This document shows positions 1 through 8,901 of a stretch of DNA of 53,684 nucleotides, piece after piece. The stretch lies in the NCBI GenBank assembly GCA_964010765.1, contig CAXGMD010000012.1, positions 1 to 53,684 of the forward strand, in the 5' to 3' direction. Source of the stretch: an uncultured bacterium. Lineage in GTDB: Bacteria > SAR324 > NAC60-12. Position 1 is the first letter of the stretch; the number at the start of each line of letters is the position of its first letter. Under the pieces are notes generated by a model. The model saw only the letters and a list, made by a program, of their open reading frames with translations, searched no databases and was not told the DNA's origin. The position numbers and the translations under genes are program-made.

Positions 1-1602
1 CCTTTTTACGAGACCAATCCAATCTCAGAACCTGATCCTGTATTGGGAATGGTCCTAAGTTACCACAAAGGTGAGAGTAGCTTTTACCAGAATTTCAAGG
101 TACCAACCACTGATAGTAGGGAGAGTGCTGGCGAAGGCCGCATCACTTTTCAGGCTTGCAGTGACCGAGTTTGTTTGCCTCCTGATGAGGTACAATTCTC
201 TCTTCCAGCTGCAATCACTGCAGGCGGTGTGCGCTCGGAATACTCTGTGCCAAATTTCAGCGTCAATCCTGATATGGGTGGAGTTGCTAAGGTAGCGGAA
301 GCAACCAGCCTAATAGGTTTTCTGGGTTTAGCAGTATTGGCAGGATTTTTTGCTTTGTTGACTCCCTGCGTTCTACCAATGATTCCAATAACGGTTTCTT
401 TTTTTACAGCGCAAGCTCAACAATCTCGTGGTGCGTCTCTTCGACTGGTTGCCACTTTTGCTCTGGGGTTGGTCGGAACCTACACCATCTTGGGCATGGG
501 AATGTCTCTGTTGTTTGGAGCCGCAGGGATTGTTCAACTGGCTTCCAATCCGTGGTTGAACTTGGCTGTTGGTGTCCTCTTTGTGCTGTTTGCGGTGAGT
601 CTGATCGGTTTCCTGGATTTCAGTCTACCACCAGCGTTAATTAACCGGCTGGACTCTTTTTCCAGAAAGACTGGGGGTTTGGCAGGCATCTTCCTGATTG
701 GGGTGGCCTTTACCTTCACGGCTTTCACCTGCACGATCCAGTTTGTGGGCACTCTGTTATTGGCAGCAGCCCGAGGAGAGTGGTTTCTACCGATCCTTGG
801 AATGTTGGTGTTCTCAACAGTCTTTGCGTTGCCGTTCATTCTGATGGGCCTCTTCCCAACCTTGATTCGGCGTTCCCAAGGCCTTTCGGGCAACTGGATG
901 GAACACCTCAAGATTGTGCTTGGGATTTTGGAGTTGGGGATTGCTTGGAAGTTCTTTAGTAACGCTGATTTGGTGTGGCAATGGGGCGTGCTGGATCGGG
1001 AAGTAGTTTTGGCGGCTTGGGCGTTGCTGATGGTTGCAATTGCAGCATTTCTACTGGGACAATTCCCGATCAAAGGAATCCGAATTGGACATCTGGGCCC
1101 GGGTTATCTTGGTTTTGGGGTGGTTTTCTTGATTTTCGGGCTTTACTTCGGATCAGGTGTGGTAGGGAAGGAGCTCAATCCGCTGGTCGAGAGCTACCTA
1201 CCACCACCAATCCAGGGGACTGGGGATTTTGAGAAACTTTCAGCAGAGGCTGGATTAGTCTGGCATGATAACTTTCCTGAAGCCCTAGCCGTTGCTCAGG
1301 AAACCCAAAAACCACTATTTCTAGATTTTACAGGATATACCTGCGTGAATTGCCGCTGGATGGAGAAAAGTGTTTTTGCCAAACCAGAAGTGTTGAAGGT
1401 GTTTCAAGAAGAGTTTGTACTTGCGCAGCTCTACACGGACGGAGGCTCCTTCCAGGAGGCAAACCGGGAGCTGCAAATGGAGCGCTTTAACACTTTGGCG
1501 CTGCCCTTTTACGTGGTTCTCAATGCGAATGATCAGGAAATTAAACGTCATGCGGGCATTATCCCTGATCCAAAGGATTTCCTGACATTTCTGGAGTTTT
1601 AA
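1..1602 (+). CDS. dsbD: Thiol:disulfide interchange protein DsbD (5'-partial)
   Basis: Frame is open from base 1. N-domain ACSDRVCLPP, TM-domain cysteines LTPCV and FTCT, C-terminal thioredoxin FTGYTCVNC. Confidence 0.92.
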   Translation, partial: PFYETNPISEPDPVLGMVLSYHKGESSFYQNFKVPTTDSRESAGEGRITFQACSDRVCLPPDEVQFSLPAAITAGGVRSEYSVPNFSVNPDMGGVAKVAEATSLIGFLGLAVLAGFFALLTPCVLPMIPITVSFFTAQAQQSRGASLRLVATFALGLVGTYTILGMGMSLLFGAAGIVQLASNPWLNLAVGVLFVLFAVSLIGFLDFSLPPALINRLDSFSRKTGGLAGIFLIGVAFTFTAFTCTIQFVGTLLLAAARGEWFLPILGMLVFSTVFALPFILMGLFPTLIRRSQGLSGNWMEHLKIVLGILELGIAWKFFSNADLVWQWGVLDREVVLAAWALLMVAIAAFLLGQFPIKGIRIGHLGPGYLGFGVVFLIFGLYFGSGVVGKELNPLVESYLPPPIQGTGDFEKLSAEAGLVWHDNFPEALAVAQETQKPLFLDFTGYTCVNCRWMEKSVFAKPEVLKVFQEEFVLAQLYTDGGSFQEANRELQMERFNTLALPFYVVLNANDQEIKRHAGIIPDPKDFLTFLEF

Positions 1603-1732
1603 CCCTATTTTTTCTCTGTCTGAAAATTCGCTTTTTTGCTGACGGGTTGAGTTTTCTTGTAATAGCGTTAATTTACTGTCAAATCCTTCATATTTTTTTT
1701 GACAAAAACTGTAACTAATTTTGGTGAGTGCC

Positions 1733-2854
1733 ATGGAATCCCAAGCTTCGTATCGCCTATTGCTTGTTGAGGACTCTGAGGAACAACGTCTGATCGTTGA
1801 GCAGATGTTGCTTCAAATTGACAGCGAAAGCTACCAAGTGGACTCTGCAGCTACTTATGCTGAGGCGCTTACTTTTATACAGCGGCACAGCTATGACATG
1901 CTGCTGATCGATTTCTATTTGGACTCTCCTCACACCGCCCTCGATTTGATGCAGGAAGTTCGCTTGCTCAATTTGCCTGTGGTAGTAATTACAGCGGATG
2001 AAGATCGCACAGTGTTCCTCCAATGTTTCCAGAAGGGAGCCAAGGAATTCCTAAATAAGCCAGTCAACCTTGTTGAAATGCAGGTTCGTTTACGCTCTGT
2101 CCTACATGCAAGAAACTATGAGCGATCCTTGTTGGAAGAAATTCAGGAACGCCGACGGATTGAGATGCAGCTCCGCCAGCAGGAACGGATGAACAGAATT
2201 TTGGTGGAGGCGTTCCCCCATCTGATTATGCGCTTTGATCAAGACAACATTCTGTTGGATTACAAGAACGATCCTGATTGCTTGTTAGGACCGCCGGGCA
2301 CCAAGGGCAAATTCCTTAGAGAATTGCCGCTACCAGAAAATTTGCGGCGTCAGATCTCTCAGTTGACCCATCTTGTTCGTGAGTCAAATACGGATGAGGA
2401 GGTGAGCTATAGCACCCGAAATGAAGACTTTGAATTGACTCGCTACGAACTGCAGGGGTATCCCAGTGAAAGCAAGGAAGTAATCGTCTTCCTACGAACC
2501 TATAACGAGCAGGATGAGTACTCGCTGCTCACCGCACATAACCTGACCATTAATCTATCAAATAAAGAAGTTCGGCGAGGATCCAGCACCATCTATCTGA
2601 ACCGAAAAGAATATCGGATGCTGCTCTATTTCATGAAGAACCCAAATCGTATCCTGAGTAAAGATATGATCCTGAATACGGTCTGGGGACATGATTATGA
2701 GCCTGAGGCAAGAGTGGTGGACACCCTGATCGCACGCTTACGCAAAAAGATTGACCAAGGCTTTGAGCCGAAATTCATCAGTACGGAGCGTGGGGTAGGA
2801 TATTCCTTCAGAACTTCTGACTGGCGTAAAGGACGTGAGGTCGTCCACGATTGA
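1733..2854 (+). CDS. Response regulator: receiver + PAS-like segment + OmpR-type winged-helix DNA-binding domain
   Basis: LLVEDS..LLID..VITA..FLNKP receiver motifs. C-terminal LNRKEYRML..VWG..RVVDTLIARLRKKI..TERGVGY. ATG at 1733 chosen over TTG 1721. Confidence 0.88.
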   Translation: MESQASYRLLLVEDSEEQRLIVEQMLLQIDSESYQVDSAATYAEALTFIQRHSYDMLLIDFYLDSPHTALDLMQEVRLLNLPVVVITADEDRTVFLQCFQKGAKEFLNKPVNLVEMQVRLRSVLHARNYERSLLEEIQERRRIEMQLRQQERMNRILVEAFPHLIMRFDQDNILLDYKNDPDCLLGPPGTKGKFLRELPLPENLRRQISQLTHLVRESNTDEEVSYSTRNEDFELTRYELQGYPSESKEVIVFLRTYNEQDEYSLLTAHNLTINLSNKEVRRGSSTIYLNRKEYRMLLYFMKNPNRILSKDMILNTVWGHDYEPEARVVDTLIARLRKKIDQGFEPKFISTERGVGYSFRTSDWRKGREVVHD

Positions 2855-2974
2855 GCATGTGAAGAGTGGCGATTGCTTGGTACGAATTCCGCAACTGGTA
2901 CCTTAATCACCTGAATTGACGGGTGGACAATGATTCGCTATTGAAGTCCTAATAACTGCTCCTGATTTTACTGC

Positions 2975-3748
2975 ATGGCCACTGTCATCTCCTTTGCGAG
3001 CCAGAAAGGTGGGGTTGGGAAAACCACCTCAGCTGTTCACTTGGCAACGGCCTTCGCCCTTGGTGGCTACCGTACTCTGCTGTTGGATCTTGATCCTCAA
3101 GGCTCCGTCTATTCAGCGATGGGGGTTAAGCAGAGAGTCATCCATGGGACTCTCGAAATCTTTTGCCAGGACAGCACGACCCTTTCGGATGTTCTCTTGC
3201 CGACCAGCACCGAGAACATGCACTTGATCCTAAATGATGTGGATCGGCTGACGCACGAAAATGAATTGATGAAGGTGGCAGCGGACTACCACCACCTGCA
3301 CCAGTGGCTTGCTCGTCATGCCCGGGGAGAATTTGAATTCATCATCATTGACGTGCCTGCTTCTACAAATGCACTGAGCATCAATGCGATGGTCGCCTCG
3401 AATTTGGTGATTGTCCCGATGCAGTGTGAAGCCCTCGCTATCAAGTCTCTCAAACGCTTTCTCCTCGCCTTCAAAGACCTTCAAGCTAACATCGACCCAA
3501 ATCTGCGGATTGCGGGGATACTTCTGACGATGTTCGATCACGAAATTCCAGCTCACCAAAAAGTTTGCCGGCAGGTCTATCAAACGTTGGGAGAGAGTGT
3601 CTTCCAAACGATCATTCCTAAATGCCCCCAGGTACTGGACGCCAGCGCTGCAGGCATGGATGTCATCAACCGCAGCCTTAACTCGATCGGAGCAACTGGA
3701 TACATCAGGCTGGCCAACGAAATTCTTGATCGATTCCGGCTTCGCTAG
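2975..3748 (+). CDS. ParA/Soj-family ATPase (orphan)
   Basis: Deviant Walker A QKGGVGKTT, DLDPQG, IIIDVP, IVPMQCE, GILLTMFD. No parB in the window. Confidence 0.92.
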   Translation: MATVISFASQKGGVGKTTSAVHLATAFALGGYRTLLLDLDPQGSVYSAMGVKQRVIHGTLEIFCQDSTTLSDVLLPTSTENMHLILNDVDRLTHENELMKVAADYHHLHQWLARHARGEFEFIIIDVPASTNALSINAMVASNLVIVPMQCEALAIKSLKRFLLAFKDLQANIDPNLRIAGILLTMFDHEIPAHQKVCRQVYQTLGESVFQTIIPKCPQVLDASAAGMDVINRSLNSIGATGYIRLANEILDRFRLR

Positions 3749-4218
3749 ATCACACCTAATCGTTTTAGTCCTTTCCGATACGCCTTGCGCTTGAAGCGCA
3801 CGACCTTGCGCAAACCAACCTTAGGTCTCATCCACTTGAAGCGGTCAAACTCCTGCTTGTGTCCTTTGTTACTCAAAGAGAGTGTTTCTGTTCCCTGATT
3901 CAGTTGAATGAGGAACCAGCGTTGCTCTTGTCCCCAATACTTCCTCCAGCGATTCTTTTGTTGCATTCTCTTTAGGACAGCTTTAGGGAACTGATAGCGA
4001 GTTCGCTTGGAACTCTGTTTGAGAATCTTGACATTATTCGTCCCAATCTCTTCATTTAGCTCCCTCAGAATGGCTTGTTCTTCCGTTTCCCCTGGGTCCA
4101 CTCCGCCCTGTGGAAATTGCCAGCCTTTGCGTCGTCCATCCACCCTGTGGAACATCAAGATTTTATCACCATGCTGATTGAGGATCACTGCCGCTACATT
4201 GGGGCGAAACTTCATCAT
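3745..4218 (-). CDS. rppH: RNA pyrophosphohydrolase (Nudix)
   Basis: FRPNVA, WQFPQGG, Nudix box GGVDPGETEEQAILRELNEEIG, GQEQRWF, V.FKR..Y. Confidence 0.88.
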   Translation of the reverse strand: MMKFRPNVAAVILNQHGDKILMFHRVDGRRKGWQFPQGGVDPGETEEQAILRELNEEIGTNNVKILKQSSKRTRYQFPKAVLKRMQQKNRWRKYWGQEQRWFLIQLNQGTETLSLSNKGHKQEFDRFKWMRPKVGLRKVVRFKRKAYRKGLKRLGVI

Positions 4219-5615
4219 GCAACCCTGCTTTGCTCACGTAGGAAATAAAAGAAGCCAACTATGATGACATTCAAAGACAAAAGAAGAAGCTCAAGACGGT
4301 ATCCAAAAATCACTTGAGGCACAAACCCGCTGAGCAGTGACACGAGGTAAATCAAAAGTGAAACGCCACAAATGACGGGAATCAACAAGGGGGGATGCTC
4401 TCCATCTTTACTGAGGACTGCTAAGAGAATCATTGGGGCTAAGAGTGATGTTCCCGCAAAACTGACGGTAGCTAGCAAGACCAAATCAGATGAACTCAGC
4501 ACCGCTAGACCAAATGCCATGATCCCAAAGATCAGGATCGGAAGCTTGCGGAAAGAATGTGTTTGAATGGTAGGGCTAACCTCCGATTCCAATGCAAATA
4601 GCTGCGAATCAGCTGTGGACATCGCTGCGGCAAGCAAGCCCACGACAGCTAGGGCACCAATAAATTCAGGTTGATCGTTAACAAGGGTGTTGACCCAGAA
4701 TTCGCTGGCTGACAAATCCGGATAGTTGATAGCCCCATACATACCTATTGCAATGGTTGGTGTAATGATTAGAAAAACGAAGACGCTCATCCCCAACACC
4801 ATCTCAATCATACTCCGCTCATCACGCATCACAGTGAATCGGGCAAAGAGCTGTGGCTGACTGATTGGCATCAGGACAATAGTTAGAAAAGAAGCCAATA
4901 GAAACTGAGTATTCAGGAGCCCTGAGGGGCCAGGAATGGAAAGCAATTTGGGGTTCTGCTCTTCGATTTGTTCAAACATGCTGGTCCAACCACCCATCTG
5001 ATCCAGACAGATTGCAGCGATCAACAAAGTGATCGTCAGCAGAATGATTCCTTGAATTGCATCGTTGTAGATGATGGCCTTCAAACCACCCAAGAGGCTG
5101 TAAATTAGAATGGCTAGAAGGATAAATAGAGACCAGCACCAGTTTGGAATATCTACAGGAAAAGCGACTGACAGAAAGCTAGAAATCCCTTTGATTTGAA
5201 TGGCTACGTAGGGAAGCAGAAACACAAAAATTCCAGCCCAGTAGATGAAACGAACCCAATCTGCATGATAGGTTTTTGCCAGCATTTCACTAACACTTTC
5301 AAACTCTTGTATGCTGATTTTCTCACGAACCTTAAGTCCAAACCAGAGTGCGAGAAATGCCATTGCCATGTCTGTGACACCCAGAAAAATCCAAGCGCCT
5401 ACCCCATGGTTTCGAAAAAAATCAGGAAGCCCTAATAGAGTGAAAGTACTGAACAGCGTAGCAGAGAAAGTAAGAACTCCTAGGACACTACCAATATTAG
5501 AATCAGCAAAGCGATAGCTGTGCTCACTGGCAGGTCCAACTTCAGCAAGTTGAGAAAGACGTAGCGCATAGACAAGGGCAATGAGATATGCCAGTAGCAA
5601 GAGACCAAACCACAT
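4215..5615 (-). CDS. Sodium:solute symporter family protein
   Basis: Multi-TM protein with SATLFSTFTLLGLP, YSLLGGLKA..D.IQG, AAAMSTADS motifs. ATG overlaps upstream TGA. Confidence 0.88.
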   Translation of the reverse strand: MWFGLLLLAYLIALVYALRLSQLAEVGPASEHSYRFADSNIGSVLGVLTFSATLFSTFTLLGLPDFFRNHGVGAWIFLGVTDMAMAFLALWFGLKVREKISIQEFESVSEMLAKTYHADWVRFIYWAGIFVFLLPYVAIQIKGISSFLSVAFPVDIPNWCWSLFILLAILIYSLLGGLKAIIYNDAIQGIILLTITLLIAAICLDQMGGWTSMFEQIEEQNPKLLSIPGPSGLLNTQFLLASFLTIVLMPISQPQLFARFTVMRDERSMIEMVLGMSVFVFLIITPTIAIGMYGAINYPDLSASEFWVNTLVNDQPEFIGALAVVGLLAAAMSTADSQLFALESEVSPTIQTHSFRKLPILIFGIMAFGLAVLSSSDLVLLATVSFAGTSLLAPMILLAVLSKDGEHPPLLIPVICGVSLLIYLVSLLSGFVPQVIFGYRLELLLLSLNVIIVGFFYFLREQSRVA

Positions 5616-5833
5616 CAATCACTCTCATTGTGTCTGGTTAGGATAAAAGCTCCCCAGAGAGTGAGTAAGAAAAATCCGAATGAAATCAACATACCGAACC
5701 AAAGGGTACGTGGCATTCCCAACAGAATGGGTTCGATCTCATCTGGAACGAGAACAATGGGAGTAAAAGTCAAAGCAGCAAGTAGGACAGCAAGCAGGCA
5801 GCAAGTCCGCCACGCTTTTGGAGGTGTGGGCAT
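5615..5833 (-). CDS. Small two-TM membrane protein, SSS accessory subunit (DUF3311-like)
   Basis: Two hydrophobic helices with a P..LGMP loop, TGATG-coupled to the SSS gene. Start uncertain (5833 or 5848). Confidence 0.7.
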   Translation of the reverse strand: MPTPPKAWRTCCLLAVLLAALTFTPIVLVPDEIEPILLGMPRTLWFGMLISFGFFLLTLWGAFILTRHNESD

Positions 5834-5880
5834 GTGAATTCTCCGCATGCCATGTGAATCAGGTGGAAATGAAAATAAAT

Positions 5881-6552
5881 TCAGTCTGGTAAGGACCAAT
5901 CACTCGGTTCAAATTCAAGTAGGGAATTTAGCTTTTGATCTGCGTCTTTCACTAATTTTTGATCCATCTGCGGATCAGGAACCACTACCACGCTCATCCC
6001 GGCAGCCCTTGCCGCTTCAACTCCAGCTGGAGCATCCTCGAAGACCAAACATTCGCCTGGAACCACCCCAAGTTTTCTTGCAGCAACCAGAAAGATGTCC
6101 GGTGCTGGTTTCCCGTTTTGAATGTCAGGATGATCTCCGGTGACGATGGCATCAAACTCTGCAAACCATTTTTGATGTTTTGTGGTTTTGAGGGTGTATG
6201 CCTCTTTGGTTGAACTTGTCGCTACGGCTTGAGGGACTCTAGCCATCTTCATTCGCTGGGTCAGTTCGATAGCTCCCGGCATCGCCTCTGCTTCTGGAAA
6301 ACGTTGGTTGAGTAGTGCTTTCCGCTCTGTAAGATAGTCTTCTGGCCGAATGGGCAATTCCAACACTCGAACCAAAGTTCTCGCGGATTCAAGGGCAGGC
6401 CGCCCCAACATCTGTGACTTGATGGACCAGTCAAAATTTTTCCCGTATCGCGAGACAATCTGTTGTGTCACATCGGTGTAGAAATTTTCTGTATCCAGCA
6501 GTAGCCCATCCATGTCGTACAAGATGGCCTTGATCTTTGCAAATGCAGTCAT
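5881..6552 (-). CDS. HAD-IA family phosphatase (pseudouridine-5'-phosphatase/CbbY-like)
   Basis: DMDGLLLDTE, VATSS, GKPAPDIF, FEDAPAGVEAARAAGM. ATG 6552 follows the hldD stop. Confidence 0.85.
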   Translation of the reverse strand: MTAFAKIKAILYDMDGLLLDTENFYTDVTQQIVSRYGKNFDWSIKSQMLGRPALESARTLVRVLELPIRPEDYLTERKALLNQRFPEAEAMPGAIELTQRMKMARVPQAVATSSTKEAYTLKTTKHQKWFAEFDAIVTGDHPDIQNGKPAPDIFLVAARKLGVVPGECLVFEDAPAGVEAARAAGMSVVVVPDPQMDQKLVKDADQKLNSLLEFEPSDWSLPD

Positions 6553-6556
6553 AGAT

Positions 6557-7495
6557 TTAGTCCCGACGGTAGCCACCAGTGCGCTTCCAGAGCTCATAGT
6601 ATTGACGTACTCCGTCTTCCAACGAAGTCATTGGACTCTGATAACCTGCTTTACGTAGAAGATCTGTATCGGCTTCAGTAAATTCCTGATATTTGCCTTG
6701 GAGGTGATCAGGGAACGGTATGATCTCCATTTGCCCTTCCGGTTCAAGCTGTTGTAGTGTGGTAGCGATGTCTTGGAAACTTCTTGCTTTCCCTGTACCC
6801 GCATTAAAGATCCCACTGCCCTTGGTCTGATAGAAATGCAGGTTCATTTGCACGATGTCATCTACGAAGATGAAATCTCGCCGAAAGCCCTCACTTCCAG
6901 CAAACAATTTCATTTTCTGACCTTGAGCAAGTTGGCCAAAGAGGTGGAAGGCGACAGAAGCCATCTTGCCTTTGTGGTTTTCCTGGGGGCCATAAACATT
7001 GAAATAGCGCAGGCCCAAAACCTGTGAAGAAGCTTGGGATAACCGCTGCCGAACGTAGTTGTCAAAGGAGAATTTAGAGAATGCGTAAACGTTAAGAGGC
7101 CACTCACAGGTTTTCTCTTCACGAAATCCTGCGCTACCATCTCCGTAAACTGAGGCACTGGAGGCATAGAGGAAGTCGATCTTGTTTTCCAGAGAGTAGT
7201 GCAGCAAGGTTTTGGAGAACTGATAGTTGTTCTCCATCATGTAGCGTCCGTCTGTTTCTGTAGTCGAGGAGCAGGCACCTTGGTGAAAAATGGTCTGTAC
7301 ATTCTCTAATTTCGGCAATTCAGCTAGGAAGTCTTCTTTATCGAGAAAATCAGCAATCTTTAGGGAATTTAGATTTCGATGCTTATCGGCTTGAGACAGA
7401 TTATCCACCACAAGAATGTCTTCAATACCAATCTGATTGAGTCCCCAGATCAGGTTGCTGCCAATAAAACCGGCCCCTCCAGTAACAATGATCAT
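6557..7495 (-). CDS. hldD: ADP-L-glycero-D-manno-heptose 6-epimerase
   Basis: MIIVTGGAGFIGSN, HQGACSSTTE, YASSASVYG, PLNVYAFSK, RYFNVYGPQE.HKG.MASV. Confidence 0.96.
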   Translation of the reverse strand: MIIVTGGAGFIGSNLIWGLNQIGIEDILVVDNLSQADKHRNLNSLKIADFLDKEDFLAELPKLENVQTIFHQGACSSTTETDGRYMMENNYQFSKTLLHYSLENKIDFLYASSASVYGDGSAGFREEKTCEWPLNVYAFSKFSFDNYVRQRLSQASSQVLGLRYFNVYGPQENHKGKMASVAFHLFGQLAQGQKMKLFAGSEGFRRDFIFVDDIVQMNLHFYQTKGSGIFNAGTGKARSFQDIATTLQQLEPEGQMEIIPFPDHLQGKYQEFTEADTDLLRKAGYQSPMTSLEDGVRQYYELWKRTGGYRRD

Positions 7496-7980
7496 GTTGT
7501 CAGTTCTCGAATACGTTGAACAATATTTGTTGTTGAGCGGCCATCCAGAAAAGGCAATACCTTCACTACCCCTCCTCTCTTTGTGACGGAATCATAGCCC
7601 ACGATCTCTTCGGCTCTGTAGTCACCCCCCTTCATCAGCACATCCGGTTCTAGCCATTCTATAAGCTCAAATGGAGTTTCCTCTTCAAAGATTATGACAG
7701 CAGCAACCACTTCCAGCCCACTGAGGACATATGCTCGATCGTCTTCTGGTACAATCGGACGGCTGCTTCCTTTCAACGTTTGAACTGAGGCATCGGAATT
7801 TAACCCGACAATCAATTTGTCAGCTTGCGCAGCTGAATCTTGCAGGTAGCGGACATGGCCTGCATGCAAAATATCAAAGCAACCGTTTGTAAAACCAATC
7901 CTTAGCCCAGCTTTTTTCCAGCTTCGAGCGCACTTTTTCGCTTTTTCCCAATCACAGATTTTTTTGAACGAATCTGCCAT
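7492..7980 (-). CDS. rfaE2: D-glycero-beta-D-manno-heptose 1-phosphate adenylyltransferase (stand-alone HldC/RfaE domain II)
   Basis: FTNGCFDILHAGH, VGLNSDASV..LKG..RP, KGGDY, STTNI. Confidence 0.93.
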   Translation of the reverse strand: MADSFKKICDWEKAKKCARSWKKAGLRIGFTNGCFDILHAGHVRYLQDSAAQADKLIVGLNSDASVQTLKGSSRPIVPEDDRAYVLSGLEVVAAVIIFEEETPFELIEWLEPDVLMKGGDYRAEEIVGYDSVTKRGGVVKVLPFLDGRSTTNIVQRIRELTT

Positions 7981-8513
7981 CACTCCTCTGTGAAGCGCAT
8001 CAATGAAAAGGCTGGACAGGACAGTTTCTCTCGACCATCAAGCCCTTCCAATTCAATAATGAAAGCAGCTTCATGAACGATGGTGTCCAATCGCTGAACA
8101 AGCTGCGCTGCCGCAGAAATGGTTCCGCCTGTTGCCAAGAGATCGTCCGCCAGGAGTACTCGCTGGCCTGGTTGAAGCGCATCTTTATGAATTTCCAAAG
8201 CGTCCGTTCCATATTCCAGTGCGTATTCGACCCGTTCGACAGCCGCTGGGAGTTTCCCAGGTTTACGAATAGGCACGAAGGCAATCTCCAATTCCAAGGC
8301 GAGTGGAGCACCAATGAGAAAACCCCTTGATTCAATGCCACAAACAGCGTGAAGCTCTGCATTTCGATAGCGACTGACCAGCAACTGAAGAGTCTCCTGA
8401 AATGCAGCAGGATTACTCAGTAAGGTCGTGATATCTCTGAAGAGAATTCCGGGTTTGGGAAAGTCAGGAATTGTCCGGACAAGCGATTTGAGATGGGCAG
8501 CTGGTTCGTTCAA
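7980..8513 (-). CDS. apt: Adenine phosphoribosyltransferase
   Basis: IPDFPKPGILFRDITTLL, GIESRGF, RKPGKLP, YALEYG, DDLLATGGT. Confidence 0.97.
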   Translation of the reverse strand: MNEPAAHLKSLVRTIPDFPKPGILFRDITTLLSNPAAFQETLQLLVSRYRNAELHAVCGIESRGFLIGAPLALELEIAFVPIRKPGKLPAAVERVEYALEYGTDALEIHKDALQPGQRVLLADDLLATGGTISAAAQLVQRLDTIVHEAAFIIELEGLDGREKLSCPAFSLMRFTEE

Positions 8514-8707
8514 TCAATGCTCCGAGGTGACAGGGAAGATGCTTAGTGAGTTTTTGAAGTTTGTGCAAAAGCAGCAAGATACAAGACCCCTTCCAAGATG
8601 CAACGCAAATACCCTCATGTTCTTGGGGTCTGAGCGTTGCAGAAGATGTTTATTTATTTTCTCAAAGCAATCTCAGATCTTCATGCTATTCTGGATAATT
8701 AGCTAAC

Positions 8708-8845
8708 GTGCCACACACAAAACCTAACCTACCCCAGAAAACTTGCCCTGTTTGTCAGCGTCCATTTACTTGGCGGCGAAAATGGGCTCGTGATTGGGAC
8801 CAGGTTCGTTACTGCAGTGAGCGCTGTCGGCGTAAGGGTGTTTAA
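8708..8845 (+). CDS. DUF2256-type small Cys4 protein (45 aa; absent from the ORF track)
   Basis: Manual translation from GTG 8708: (M)[44 protein letters not shown], matching the LP.K.C.VC.RPF.WRKKW...W..V.YCS.RCR signature. Confidence 0.88.
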   Translation: MPHTKPNLPQKTCPVCQRPFTWRRKWARDWDQVRYCSERCRRKGV

Positions 8846-8901
8846 AATCAACGTTTTGATAATCTTCTCATTTTCTTTCTCTTTTCTTTGACTAAAGGGC
8901 T

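Noticed and set aside
8584..8641. HDV-like ribozyme reading of the crossed helices
   Set aside because: Only 2 nt lie between the putative P1' and P2', leaving no P1.1/P4/J4-2 catalytic C.
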